Source: an uncultured bacterium (GTDB lineage: Bacteria > Bacillota_I > Bacilli_A > RFN20 > CAG-826). Taken from it: a stretch of 64,000 bases of DNA. Location of the stretch: the NCBI GenBank assembly GCA_949283025.1, contig CASDRB010000004.1, positions 24,522 to 88,521 of the forward strand, in the 5' to 3' direction. Positions within the stretch are counted from its first letter, which is position 1. The number at the start of each line of letters is the position of its first letter. Positions 19,721-29,200 of the stretch are shown here, in pieces. Position numbers and translations under genes: made by a program. The notes under the pieces are model-generated. The model was not told the DNA's origin. It searched no databases and was given only the letters and a program-made list of their open reading frames with translations.

Positions 19721-21126
19721 ACGGGTGGGCGTTTTTTTATTTCAAAATAAGCAAGCGTGATTGGTATGAAAGTTAACAAAGCCAAACCAGCAGCGATAAT
19801 AAACAACCAATAATTAGGCGCAAAACCTGTCACCTCTCCGCGCTCATAAACTAATACAATTTCATTACCCATGTTTTGGACGATGACATTGCCAACTAAA
19901 GTTCCTAAAAACATCGGAATGCATACATAGAATAACATCCTAATTCCTTCAAAACGGCTGCGCATATCTTCAGGATATAGATTTTTTATCCATACCATCA
20001 ATGCTTGATATAAACACATATATCCAGCACCTACAAAAAATATCCCAATCAAAATAATAGCTAATTCTCCACCATATTTTACGCCACTAATTCCACCTAT
20101 AAACATTATTAATAGACCGATAACATTAACAATTACTGATAAAAATAAAATTAATATAAATTTTTGTTTATTTAATATTTTCCCGCAGAAAATAACTAAT
20201 GGGAAAGCTAATAACAATCCAATCGCTAATAATCCGCCAGCAATCATTTCAACACTATTTTCATTTCCAAACAAAGAGGTAGAAACCCAATTCAAAGTGT
20301 CTTTACTTGTTCCATAGATAAAATAATTTAAGATGTGGGGGAAATAGACATTAAATGAGATAAAAAACAACATAAATGTCAATAATACATAAACCATCAA
20401 TCGATTTTTCTTTAATAATTTAAAGTCAAATGGTTTAGCCATTGATTTTGCAAACGAGTCATCTTTTCTTGCAATCAAAGTTGGAGATTCTTTGATTAAA
20501 AAATATGATACGATGCCAATAATGATAATAGCGATTCCAGCGATGACAAACATCATAAAATAATCTAGAGTCTGGCCATTTATTTTAAAGTCAGAAAATC
20601 CTGATATAATAGCACCAAATAATAAAGATCCAACAACAGTGGCGATAACTGGTTGGACCGCTAAAGCAGTTCCTAAAGTTCCGCGATTATGAGGATTAGT
20701 TATATCTGTCGTCCAAGTTGAAAATCCACAATCGTTACCCATCGAGCCAAAAAAAGACATTATTGCATCGGCGATAACTACCATAATAGCAGCACCAGTA
20801 ACACCTAAAATGCCAATAGTAAATTGGGTTAAACCAAACACAATAGTGGAAACTCCCCACATTATATATCCCAGCAAAACAAAAATTCTTCTTTTTCCAA
20901 TGCGATCAGATAATGTTCCGCAAAGAAAAGTAGAAAATGTAGAAGCAATTGCAGATATAGCCACCATCCAAGTAATGATGTTTGGATTTGGGGCAATCTT
21001 ATCATAGACAAAGGTATTGAACCATTGATTTTCGATACTCCAAACTAATTGACCTGCTATTCCTGCCACCCAAATAACAAGCCAAAATTGCCAACTAATT
21101 CGGTTTTTATTATTGCTTTTTTCCAT
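19705..21126 (-). CDS. MFS transporter (probable sugar/glycoside permease)
   Basis: About 12 TMs, motif A GTLSDRIGKRR. Convergent with GH2. Confidence 0.88.
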   Translation of the reverse strand: MEKSNNKNRISWQFWLVIWVAGIAGQLVWSIENQWFNTFVYDKIAPNPNIITWMVAISAIASTFSTFLCGTLSDRIGKRRIFVLLGYIMWGVSTIVFGLTQFTIGILGVTGAAIMVVIADAIMSFFGSMGNDCGFSTWTTDITNPHNRGTLGTALAVQPVIATVVGSLLFGAIISGFSDFKINGQTLDYFMMFVIAGIAIIIIGIVSYFLIKESPTLIARKDDSFAKSMAKPFDFKLLKKNRLMVYVLLTFMLFFISFNVYFPHILNYFIYGTSKDTLNWVSTSLFGNENSVEMIAGGLLAIGLLLAFPLVIFCGKILNKQKFILILFLSVIVNVIGLLIMFIGGISGVKYGGELAIILIGIFFVGAGYMCLYQALMVWIKNLYPEDMRSRFEGIRMLFYVCIPMFLGTLVGNVIVQNMGNEIVLVYERGEVTGFAPNYWLFIIAAGLALLTFIPITLAYFEIKKRPPVYVDE

Positions 21127-21200
21127 ATTACTAACCCCTTTATATATTTATTATAATCAAATTTATTTGCTAAGAATAAAAACTAAATTAAAATATAATT

Positions 21201-21872
21201 ATGGTTCTCACAGCATGTGTGTTTATGGCTGCATCGCTATATTTTAGTACAATTCATCTTTTCTTTTGTTATAAATTAAATGAAAAAATGAGAAAGTTAA
21301 CAAAAGTATTATGCGTTGCTTTTTTAAGTTTATCTTTAATGTTTTTTGCGCCCTCTTGGCCTTTGATATATTTAGGAACAATATGTGGGTTTATCGGGGA
21401 TTATTTTTTAATCAAAAAAGAAAAAATGCGTTCTTTGATGGCGGGAATTATTTTATTTTTTATAGGCCACATATTTTATATATTGCAGCTAATGATAATT
21501 ATTAACTCTCCTATTTGGGGGTATATTTTATATATTGGGTTGTCTTTGTTTTTAATTGTTTTAGGGCAAGTCATCTTCTATCCAAAATTGAAGTATCTGA
21601 CACATAATTCAACCAATTTAGGAATAGCTTATTTTGTCACCATGACTTCAGCATTAATTTTATCTATTATATCAATTAGCGTTTTGTCGAACGCATTATA
21701 TTTGATTTTAGTTATATTTGGCTATGTTTTATTCATAATTAGCGATTCAACATTACTTTATACAACATATATTAAGCATTATAAAAGAGCCGATTTTTAT
21801 ATAATGCTAACATACTTAGCTGCGCAATATTTAATAACAATAGGGCTTGTTTTAACATTGGCACAATATTAA
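21201..21872 (+). CDS. YhhN/TMEM86 family membrane protein (lysoplasmalogenase-like)
   Basis: GDYFL, G...F..GH..Y, G..LF..SD, IM.TY..AQ. Confidence 0.85.
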   Translation: MVLTACVFMAASLYFSTIHLFFCYKLNEKMRKLTKVLCVAFLSLSLMFFAPSWPLIYLGTICGFIGDYFLIKKEKMRSLMAGIILFFIGHIFYILQLMIIINSPIWGYILYIGLSLFLIVLGQVIFYPKLKYLTHNSTNLGIAYFVTMTSALILSIISISVLSNALYLILVIFGYVLFIISDSTLLYTTYIKHYKRADFYIMLTYLAAQYLITIGLVLTLAQY

Positions 21873-21882
21873 ACTATTACAC

Positions 21883-22926
21883 ATGAAACAAAAAGGATTT
21901 TGCATATTTTGTCATACAGGCGATGATTATGAACGTGTTTTTGAAGTTGAAACTAATGACGAATATTCTTATTGTCCTCAATGTGGAAGAAAAATAAAAA
22001 CCGAAGATGCTGTTAAAGCATTTAAATCTAGAATTCAATTTTTGTTGAAAAAAGCATATTATGAATTCAACATAAAAACAAAATATGATAAAGCATATGA
22101 AAAATTTGGAGATATTTTGTTATATGACGAAGATAACCCTGTAGCATTATGCGGAAGAATTGAATCGCTATTGATGATGTCCACATTGCGTCAACCTCGT
22201 TTTGAAGATGCCTCGGTTTTAATTAATTACGCTAGCAAGTCGCAATTACATAAATCAAAAAATATGATAGTTTATTTTGATTTTTTATTAAAATATGAAC
22301 GAATTGCACGTTTATATATCGAAAATATCAAAAAAATGCTAACTAATAAGAATTTCTTTTACGATGAAGAATGCGTTAGAATGTATGTATATCGTACTAA
22401 CCAAATTAAACAATTCTATTCATTGATTTTGCAAGAGATATTGTTTTTATTAGGCAAAGGATTGAATTTGACTAACGCCGAATTAAAACGCGAGATGATT
22501 GAATTAAATGCAAAAAAAATTGATGATATTTTAAAAAGTTCATTTACATGTGTCGATGGAATTACTTATCGAATAAAATATATTCATGAAAATGAAATTT
22601 CTTTAGTAGATGATGGTATTAAAATTGATACGAAACTCAATGGTTATAAAATTTATTCGCTAGTGCCAAACGAGCAAAAAAAGCCAATTATTAAAGATCG
22701 TGTATTCAAATTAAATAGATTAAAATATGGCTTATTTATTTTTTCGATATTATCGATGAGCATGGCTGTAATTTGTGCCACCGCATTTTTTGTTTTAGCT
22801 TTTTGTATACCGGTTTATCGAACAATTTTCTTTGTCGTTTTTGGTGTTTCAATATTGATTTTGATTGCGTGTTTATGCGCAAGATTTATTTTAAAAGCAT
22901 TGATGAAAAAAAAGAAATTACATTAA
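21883..22926 (+). CDS. Hypothetical protein: N-terminal zinc ribbon, helical middle, two C-terminal TMs
   Basis: CIFC...CPQCG and two hydrophobic helices followed by a poly-K tail. Confidence 0.7.
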   Translation: MKQKGFCIFCHTGDDYERVFEVETNDEYSYCPQCGRKIKTEDAVKAFKSRIQFLLKKAYYEFNIKTKYDKAYEKFGDILLYDEDNPVALCGRIESLLMMSTLRQPRFEDASVLINYASKSQLHKSKNMIVYFDFLLKYERIARLYIENIKKMLTNKNFFYDEECVRMYVYRTNQIKQFYSLILQEILFLLGKGLNLTNAELKREMIELNAKKIDDILKSSFTCVDGITYRIKYIHENEISLVDDGIKIDTKLNGYKIYSLVPNEQKKPIIKDRVFKLNRLKYGLFIFSILSMSMAVICATAFFVLAFCIPVYRTIFFVVFGVSILILIACLCARFILKALMKKKKLH

Positions 22927-23514
22927 GTTATTTTCTTTTAAATACTTCACCATTTTTTTAATAGCATCGCTACGATGCGAAATACTGTTTTTTTGATTTG
23001 AATTCAATTGCGCAAAACTGCAATTAAAATTATTGGGTATAAAAATAGGGTCGTAGCCAAATCCATTATCTCCTAAAATCTTACATGCAATTTTACCAAC
23101 ACATTCACCTTTAAAAACGAGTGGTTCTTTTTTAACATTGCATAATGCAATATGGCAAACAAAACGAGCGTTTCTTTTATTGTCACCTAATGATTTGAAA
23201 ATATATTCAAAAGCGCAATCATATCCCCCTAAAGATTTGGCAAACCTAGCACTATTAATGCCTGGTTTATTATCTAGCGCCTCAATTTCTAATCCAGAGT
23301 CGTCACTCATTACTGGGTAAGTTGTATATTTAGCTATTGATGATGCCTTTTTTATAGCGTTTTCATAATAAGTTGCTCCGTCCTCCACAACTTCTTGGTG
23401 AGGAATATTTAATTCTTCCGGTGTTAAAATATTAATATCAATATTTTTTAAAATAGCTTTAATTTCCTGTAATTTGTGTTTGTTATTAGAAGATAAAACG
23501 ATTGTTAACCCCAT
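22918..23514 (-). CDS. rdgB: Non-canonical purine NTP pyrophosphatase (RdgB/HAM1)
   Basis: SNNKHK, ENA..KA, DDSGL, PG..SAR, GFGYDPIF, KN.ISHR. Confidence 0.95.
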   Translation of the reverse strand: MGLTIVLSSNNKHKLQEIKAILKNIDINILTPEELNIPHQEVVEDGATYYENAIKKASSIAKYTTYPVMSDDSGLEIEALDNKPGINSARFAKSLGGYDCAFEYIFKSLGDNKRNARFVCHIALCNVKKEPLVFKGECVGKIACKILGDNGFGYDPIFIPNNFNCSFAQLNSNQKNSISHRSDAIKKMVKYLKENNLM

Positions 23515-23585
23515 GGATAATCACCTTTCCCTTAATCATATTTATTATAATTATAATATCGTAATAAAACATTAAAATTTGCATC

Positions 23586-23637
23586 AAAAAAGAGGCAGCT
23601 CAGCACCAAACGAAGGTACTTGGAGAGATGCCTCTTT
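23586..23637 (-). ncRNA. Candidate small structured RNA (extended hairpin ending in U6)
   Basis: GC-rich island AAAGAGGCA..AGUACC-UUCGUUU-GGUGCU..UGCCUCUUUUUU, starting 7 nt after TATAAT (23649-23644). Confidence 0.35.
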
Positions 23638-23672
23638 ACAAATATTATAAACAAGATTATCGAATATACAAG

Positions 23673-23843
23673 ATGAAAAATATTTTATCAAGATTATTAG
23701 TAATTATAATTTTTATTATTTTAATCATCGTAACTGTGTTTTTTATTTATTCATGTTCTTCTTTATCATCAAAATATACCATTGATAATCTTATTGATAA
23801 ATGCTTTATAAATCAAAATCAAAGCATTTCATTAATGGTTTAA
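23673..23843 (+). CDS. Small single-TM hypothetical peptide (56 aa)
   Basis: MKNILSRLLVIIIFIILIIVTVFFIYSC. No clear RBS and could be spurious in AT-rich DNA. Confidence 0.4.
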   Translation: MKNILSRLLVIIIFIILIIVTVFFIYSCSSLSSKYTIDNLIDKCFINQNQSISLMV

Positions 23844-23903
23844 TCTTTACTGCATTTTAAATATTTTTTTCTTCAATTTTATCTCATTGTTGACACAAAC
23901 AAT

Positions 23904-23928
23904 AAAAAACGCTGATAGAATCAGCGTT
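23904..23928 (-). terminator. Terminator downstream of tRNA-Gly
   Basis: Minus strand AACGCTGA-TTCTA-TCAGCGTT-TTTT. Confidence 0.8.
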
Positions 23929-23938
23929 AACAATCATA

Positions 23939-24012
23939 TGGAGCAGGTGACGAGAATCGAACCCGCGTAGTCAGCTTGGAAGGCTGAAGTTCTACCATTG
24001 AACTACACCTGC
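23939..24012 (-). tRNA. tRNA-Gly (TCC), CCA encoded
   Basis: GCAGGTG acceptor stem, TAGTTCAATGGTAGAAC D arm, CT-TCC-AA anticodon loop, GGTTCGATT T loop, 3' TCCA. Confidence 0.97.
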
Positions 24013-24016
24013 ATAA

Positions 24017-24076
24017 TATTTGCGAGATTTATTATAAGAAAACCATTAAAAAGTATCAAGTAAAATCTCGCAAATA
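24017..24076. repeat. 14-bp perfect inverted repeat enclosing the tRNA promoter
   Basis: TATTTGCGAGATTT (24017-24030) and AAATCTCGCAAATA (24063-24076). Confidence 0.85.
24031..24059 (-). promoter_or_regulatory. Sigma-A promoter of tRNA-Gly
   Basis: TTGATA-17 nt-TATAAT. Confidence 0.7.
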
Positions 24077-24078
24077 AT

Positions 24079-24387
24079 TTATTGATTGATAAAATTAACA
24101 AGATGGTTTTTTGGCATAAAGCCAGATTGACGTTTAATTTCAACGCCATCTTTTAATAAAACTAATGTAGGTATCACTTGTACATGATATTTAGCGGCTA
24201 CATCGCCAACTTTATCGACGTCAACTTTGACAATTTTTGCTTGTGTCAAATTTTGTTGATCTATTTCTTCAAGAACCGGAGCAAGCATGCGACACGGTCC
24301 GCACCAAGTAGCAAAAAAATCAACAAGCACCAATCCTTTTTCTGTTTCTGCTTTAAATTCATTTGTTGTTTCAATATGTTTGACCAT
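24079..24387 (-). CDS. trxA: Thioredoxin
   Basis: VDFFATWCGPC, IPTL. Confidence 0.96.
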   Translation of the reverse strand: MVKHIETTNEFKAETEKGLVLVDFFATWCGPCRMLAPVLEEIDQQNLTQAKIVKVDVDKVGDVAAKYHVQVIPTLVLLKDGVEIKRQSGFMPKNHLVNFINQ

Positions 24388-24453
24388 AGTATTTTTCTCC
24401 TTTGTTTATTCCATATTAATTAGTTGCCCAAAAAATGTAAACTGATATGCTTT

Positions 24454-25344
24454 TTAAATTAATGTGCCAATAATAGCAAATATGCCATATAGCAAAATCA
24501 AGTGAGCTGGATAATAAATATATGCGAAAATATTAAACCATTTTTTGTTGTATCCTCTTCTTCCGTTATAAAGCAGCAATATGAATCCAGTTATAATAGC
24601 GAATAATTGGATATCAGGATTCCAATAAACCCACTTTGGATAAATAAAATATGTCGCGAAATATAAAAAAGATATAATAGTCAATCCCAAAAAACAAAAG
24701 GTATTAACATATATACGATAATTAAATGTGTTTAAATATAATTCGCTTTTAAATCCATAATAATCATATAATTTTGGAACAATTTTATACGCTCCATAAA
24801 AAACTAAAATCATGCCGATTCCCAACCAATCATATTCTGGTCTTAATAAATATGGAAACCACCAAATAGTAATATTGTTTTCCCATTCTAAACAAGTACA
24901 AACAAATGCACATATTGAAATAGCGATTGGGATTAACCCTAATGATTTAACACCTTTGTTTTTATTTTCAAAACAATAAATCATCAATGCACCCAAGATC
25001 AAAGTAATAAAGATATTTGTCGATTGAAATCGATAGTCAATGTTTGCTTTGCTAGCATAATACATAATTTCACCTAATGATTGAAACAAAGCTATGCAAA
25101 AAGCAACGATTCCTAACCTCAACATATATTTCTTAAAATTGTGAGTATGCAAAACGCCTTCTACTAATAAAAAACAAAATAGTGGTAGTGCTAAACGACC
25201 TATGTAGCGACAAATAGTAGAAACAATATAAATAGTAGAATTTTCTGGCATCATATTAAATAAAAACAGTCCAACATGGTCAATAGTCATTGATATTATG
25301 GCTATTAATTTTAGTTGAAAATTAGACAAAAAAAGTTTTTTCAT
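24454..25344 (-). CDS. TraX family membrane protein (putative acyltransferase)
   Basis: LKLIA..SM.IDH, GRLA.PLF.FLLVEG..HT, YNG.RG, Y.YYPAHL. Confidence 0.85.
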   Translation of the reverse strand: MKKLFLSNFQLKLIAIISMTIDHVGLFLFNMMPENSTIYIVSTICRYIGRLALPLFCFLLVEGVLHTHNFKKYMLRLGIVAFCIALFQSLGEIMYYASKANIDYRFQSTNIFITLILGALMIYCFENKNKGVKSLGLIPIAISICAFVCTCLEWENNITIWWFPYLLRPEYDWLGIGMILVFYGAYKIVPKLYDYYGFKSELYLNTFNYRIYVNTFCFLGLTIISFLYFATYFIYPKWVYWNPDIQLFAIITGFILLLYNGRRGYNKKWFNIFAYIYYPAHLILLYGIFAIIGTLI

Positions 25345-26195
25345 TTGGCCATCACCCAATTTGCTAAAATCATCATTATTACACTAAAAGAGTTGTTGAT
25401 AATATGGGAAATACATGAACCAGCCCAAGAAGATTTTTCAAACACAAAACATAATATGGCGCCTGCAAAAATATAAGAAGGTATATTAATCAATTCAATT
25501 ATTATTGAATCTAAAGAGTTGCCAAAACATGTAAAATCAAAATGAATAAATGCAAAAATCAATATGGTCAAAATATATGCCAATATCTTATTAATACGAT
25601 AAAAAAACCCAAATACGCCAACCCGATAAGTGAACTCTTCAACAATTGGTCCGATTATTCCCAATAATAAAAGCGAGGCTAATGGATAATAATCGACCAT
25701 GCTGATTGTAACTTGCTGGTTTGCGTTGCCACTCGTATTGTAAAAAATATTAATAAAAGCGCTATAGAACATGGAAACTAAAATCAAAACAATTCCACCG
25801 ACAATTCCATATAAAATTTTTCTTTTATCGACACATTTAAATAAATCTTTTAAAAACGGATACATTATTCCTGTCAATATGCACAAAATGATTGTATATG
25901 ATATTGAATTAGTAAGCATGCTGACAAACAAAGAGAAACTTTCGTTATTAGGACAAACTTCTTTAGCATAAGGTATTAATATTAATTGGATTATAACGCC
26001 AAGTATTTGAAAGCTAACAAATCCAACCAAAAAGAGTAATAGTTGTCTCCATGATTCAACAAAAAATATAAAATTTGATGTAAGTGGTTTTGGGCGATTG
26101 GTGTTTTTGTATTGACATGACGGACAACGCAATAACAAATCATCATATTTATTTAAGCAATTCGGACAAATATTTTTTCTACTGTGGAATTTCAT
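25341..26195 (-). CDS. CPBP (CAAX/Abi) intramembrane metalloprotease with N-terminal zinc ribbon
   Basis: PIVEE..YR, FAFIH, H..NN motifs. CPNC..CPSC at the N-terminus. Confidence 0.88.
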   Translation of the reverse strand: MKFHSRKNICPNCLNKYDDLLLRCPSCQYKNTNRPKPLTSNFIFFVESWRQLLLFLVGFVSFQILGVIIQLILIPYAKEVCPNNESFSLFVSMLTNSISYTIILCILTGIMYPFLKDLFKCVDKRKILYGIVGGIVLILVSMFYSAFINIFYNTSGNANQQVTISMVDYYPLASLLLLGIIGPIVEEFTYRVGVFGFFYRINKILAYILTILIFAFIHFDFTCFGNSLDSIIIELINIPSYIFAGAILCFVFEKSSWAGSCISHIINNSFSVIMMILANWVMAK

Positions 26196-26271
26196 CTTTT
26201 ATATTTTACACAAATTATTTGATAAACACTAGCGATTATCATACATATAATGTATAATTTATGAGAAAGAC

Positions 26272-29200
26272 TTGCTTTTTATGCCGAACGCTGAACAAAT
26301 TAATCAAATACTCAATTATTCTCTATTAGGTGTTTTTATAGCGATTATTGTATTCTTTGCAATTGCTTTAATCATAGGTTTATTTAAAGGTGTTTTTAGC
26401 ACTACATTTAAATTATTTTTTATTTTAATGCTTGTTATTATTAGTTTTACTACATTGGATTTAATTTTTGATGCTGTTAGAAAAATTGATTTAACATCGC
26501 TTAATTATTATTTAAATTTAATAAATGAGTCAACAGGAGAAGCTATCTCCATACGTATAACTACCATAGAAGATACATTGGCCAATGCTATTGCTGGATT
26601 GATGTATTTATATAATGTATCTAGTGGTTCAAGCAGTGAAATTAGCGCTTTTGCTTATGGTTTTGCTGAGATGATTTTAAAATACGCAATTGTCATAGTT
26701 GATATGGTGTTAATTGCCACACTAGGATTTTTCACTGCTTGGATATTATGGCATTGCTGCTTTAAGTTTTTGATACCCAAATTAGCAAGAAAAGCAGTTA
26801 AGATTCGCTGGCTAGCCATGTTAGAAAATGGTGTTGCATATGTTATTGTTGCCGCCTTGTTTTTGATGCCTTTTACTTCGTTGGTCAATACTATAAACCA
26901 ATCTTATCAGCGATATGGAAAACAAAGTGATGATTCAGTCGTTAGCGATATTGGATCATTTATTGATACTTATAATGATTCCTTACTTGCTAAAACTTTT
27001 TTTAATTGGACTGTCGACGAAAATGGTACGACTATCGATGCACAGTTATTGGATTCCATCATTTCGACAACTGTAGGAGATGTCGAAACATCATTAATTG
27101 AAACTATAAGTAATATTTCTGATATTGGCGCTTCGGTAATGGACGCTTTTTCTTCATCCAGCAATCAAATTTTCGATTATGGAGTTTTGCTAAGCGAAGG
27201 CACATTGAAAAATATCTTCACCCATTTAAATGATACAAAATTGTTTGTTTATTTATTGCCAATTGTTGCTAATCTAGCTCTAAATTCCAATTTGTTAGCA
27301 CAGTATGTCGACACATCGCTTTTGGAAATAGATGATATAAATTGGAGCCTGGAACTAGAAAATATAGAAAGGATGACATTGGATGTTATCAATAGTGGTG
27401 TTTTAGATAACTTTATCAATGAAAATGGAGAATTTGTTTCTAATAGTGATACGACCGCTATTGTTACATCATTGCTTGATAGAAATTCTTATTCGTATTT
27501 GACAAGAATCTTTGAATCAATCGACAATTCAAAATTATTAAGTAGGGCAATTCCATCAGTTTTATGGACCGTTTCCGAAACATATTCTGCCATAAATGAT
27601 ATATTGCCATTATCATGGTCGGAAATGAATAATTATCAATGGGGAAAAGAATTTACTATTATATATGATTGTTTATTTAGAATGAATCAAACAGATCCAG
27701 AAATGGTGAACTTGATTTTAAATTTTGATTCGAATCAAACATCGCAAAATCAATCTATTTTATATCAAAATAACGAAAGTTCTAACAATGATTTGATGGA
27801 TATTCTAATTAAAAATGTCGATGCTTTGAAAACAATTTTAATTGGCGAATTTGACCAAAGTGGTAATTTGTTAAATTGCGATTCTAATGGAGTTACTATC
27901 GTTTATCAAAATGGGCGCAAATTACCTAATCGCCATTATAGTTTATTCGATTCAAACATCGTCAAAAATATTTTTCCAAGTTTAGCCAATTCCTTAATTG
28001 ATTTGTTGCCAACTTCTGAGGATGTATCACTTGATAAAGATGCTGTTATTAGTGTCATTAATAATTTATATGAAGGCGAAATTATTAAAAATTTCAAAAT
28101 CGAATTTGCTTCTATTTTGGATTCTTTTTCTAAAATTGTAAGCAATGACGAATTGTTAAATATTATAAAAAATCCTTCTAGCATAGACGAAAGTTTTATA
28201 CATAATCAAAATACAATTAAATCTTTCCAAGAGGTGTTGCCATCTTTAGATAAATCAAAAATCATTTCTGCAGCAGTTAGACCTGTGCTAAAAAACATGC
28301 TTTTGAATGGCGAAATTGCTGAACAATTTAAAAATGTTGGAATAGATCCAGAAACATTTGATTTAGATATGCCTAATTTAGGTAGCGAAATTGCTCATTT
28401 GTTGGACGCGGTTAGTTGTTTTGATTTAATCGAAGACATTAACAACTCTAATGCTAGCAGTCAAGATATTGTCATAAAGATGGCAAATAATTATGAATCT
28501 ATTGCTGTAATTTTAGATGTCGTTTTCGAATCGCAAATTATTAATCCAAGTGATGATTTTTATGGAAATTATGATAATAATTTTTTCAATATTCTAAATT
28601 ATATATTCGAAGGTCCTAATGGAAAGACAAACCTAGTTAAAGGATTAATTTTTGATGAATATAAAGTCGGTTTTTATCCTGAAAGCCATGGAGCAGGCAA
28701 ACATAATTGGAATAACACTAAAGCACCAAATGGTGAATATTTTAAAGATGGTTATGGACGACCCATATTCGATGGAGAAAACGGCTATATCGCCCAAGTT
28801 ATTGCTACTCTTGGCACTAAGTCAAACGACGGACAAACTTTGTTTGAAGTTGTTTCTTCTAGCGATGTAGTTTCTCAAATTGGGCGTTTAGAAAAAGACT
28901 TTAATATCTCTGGATTATTTAAAGCCGTTGATAATTCATCTTTATTTTCTACTACTTTTGGTAGTTTTTTGGATGAAACTTTATCAAGCAATGATTTAGA
29001 TTTGATCAATGTAGCCGAGGGAAGAACGTTTACTCAAATTAATGATTGGACACTCGAAGGAATAAAATTTGGGCGAATATGTGATTCGATTGATCAACTT
29101 GGTGTTGACTTGAACAATCTTGATATAACAAATATTAAAAATATTCCTGCTCTTAATAAATTGTTGCACTCTTTATCTGATAGTGGACTTTTTGGCGTAG

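Noticed and set aside
17972-21126. GH2 plus MFS as a novel system
   Set aside because: An ordinary glycoside uptake and hydrolysis pair. Only the convergent, overlapping arrangement is slightly unusual.
23586-23637. Hairpin as SRP RNA or glycine riboswitch (contains CUCAG, CGAAGG, GGAGAGA on the plus strand)
   Set aside because: It lacks the SRP GNRA loop with the CAGG/AGCA internal loop. The glycine aptamer elements are in the wrong order and the element is too short.
23939-24012. tRNA-Gly as an integration site of an island
   Set aside because: No integrase and no duplicated tRNA 3' end are visible in the window.
24454-25344. TraX gene as a sign of a conjugative element
   Set aside because: No other tra genes, relaxase or T4SS genes. 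TraX-family genes are common as solitary chromosomal genes.
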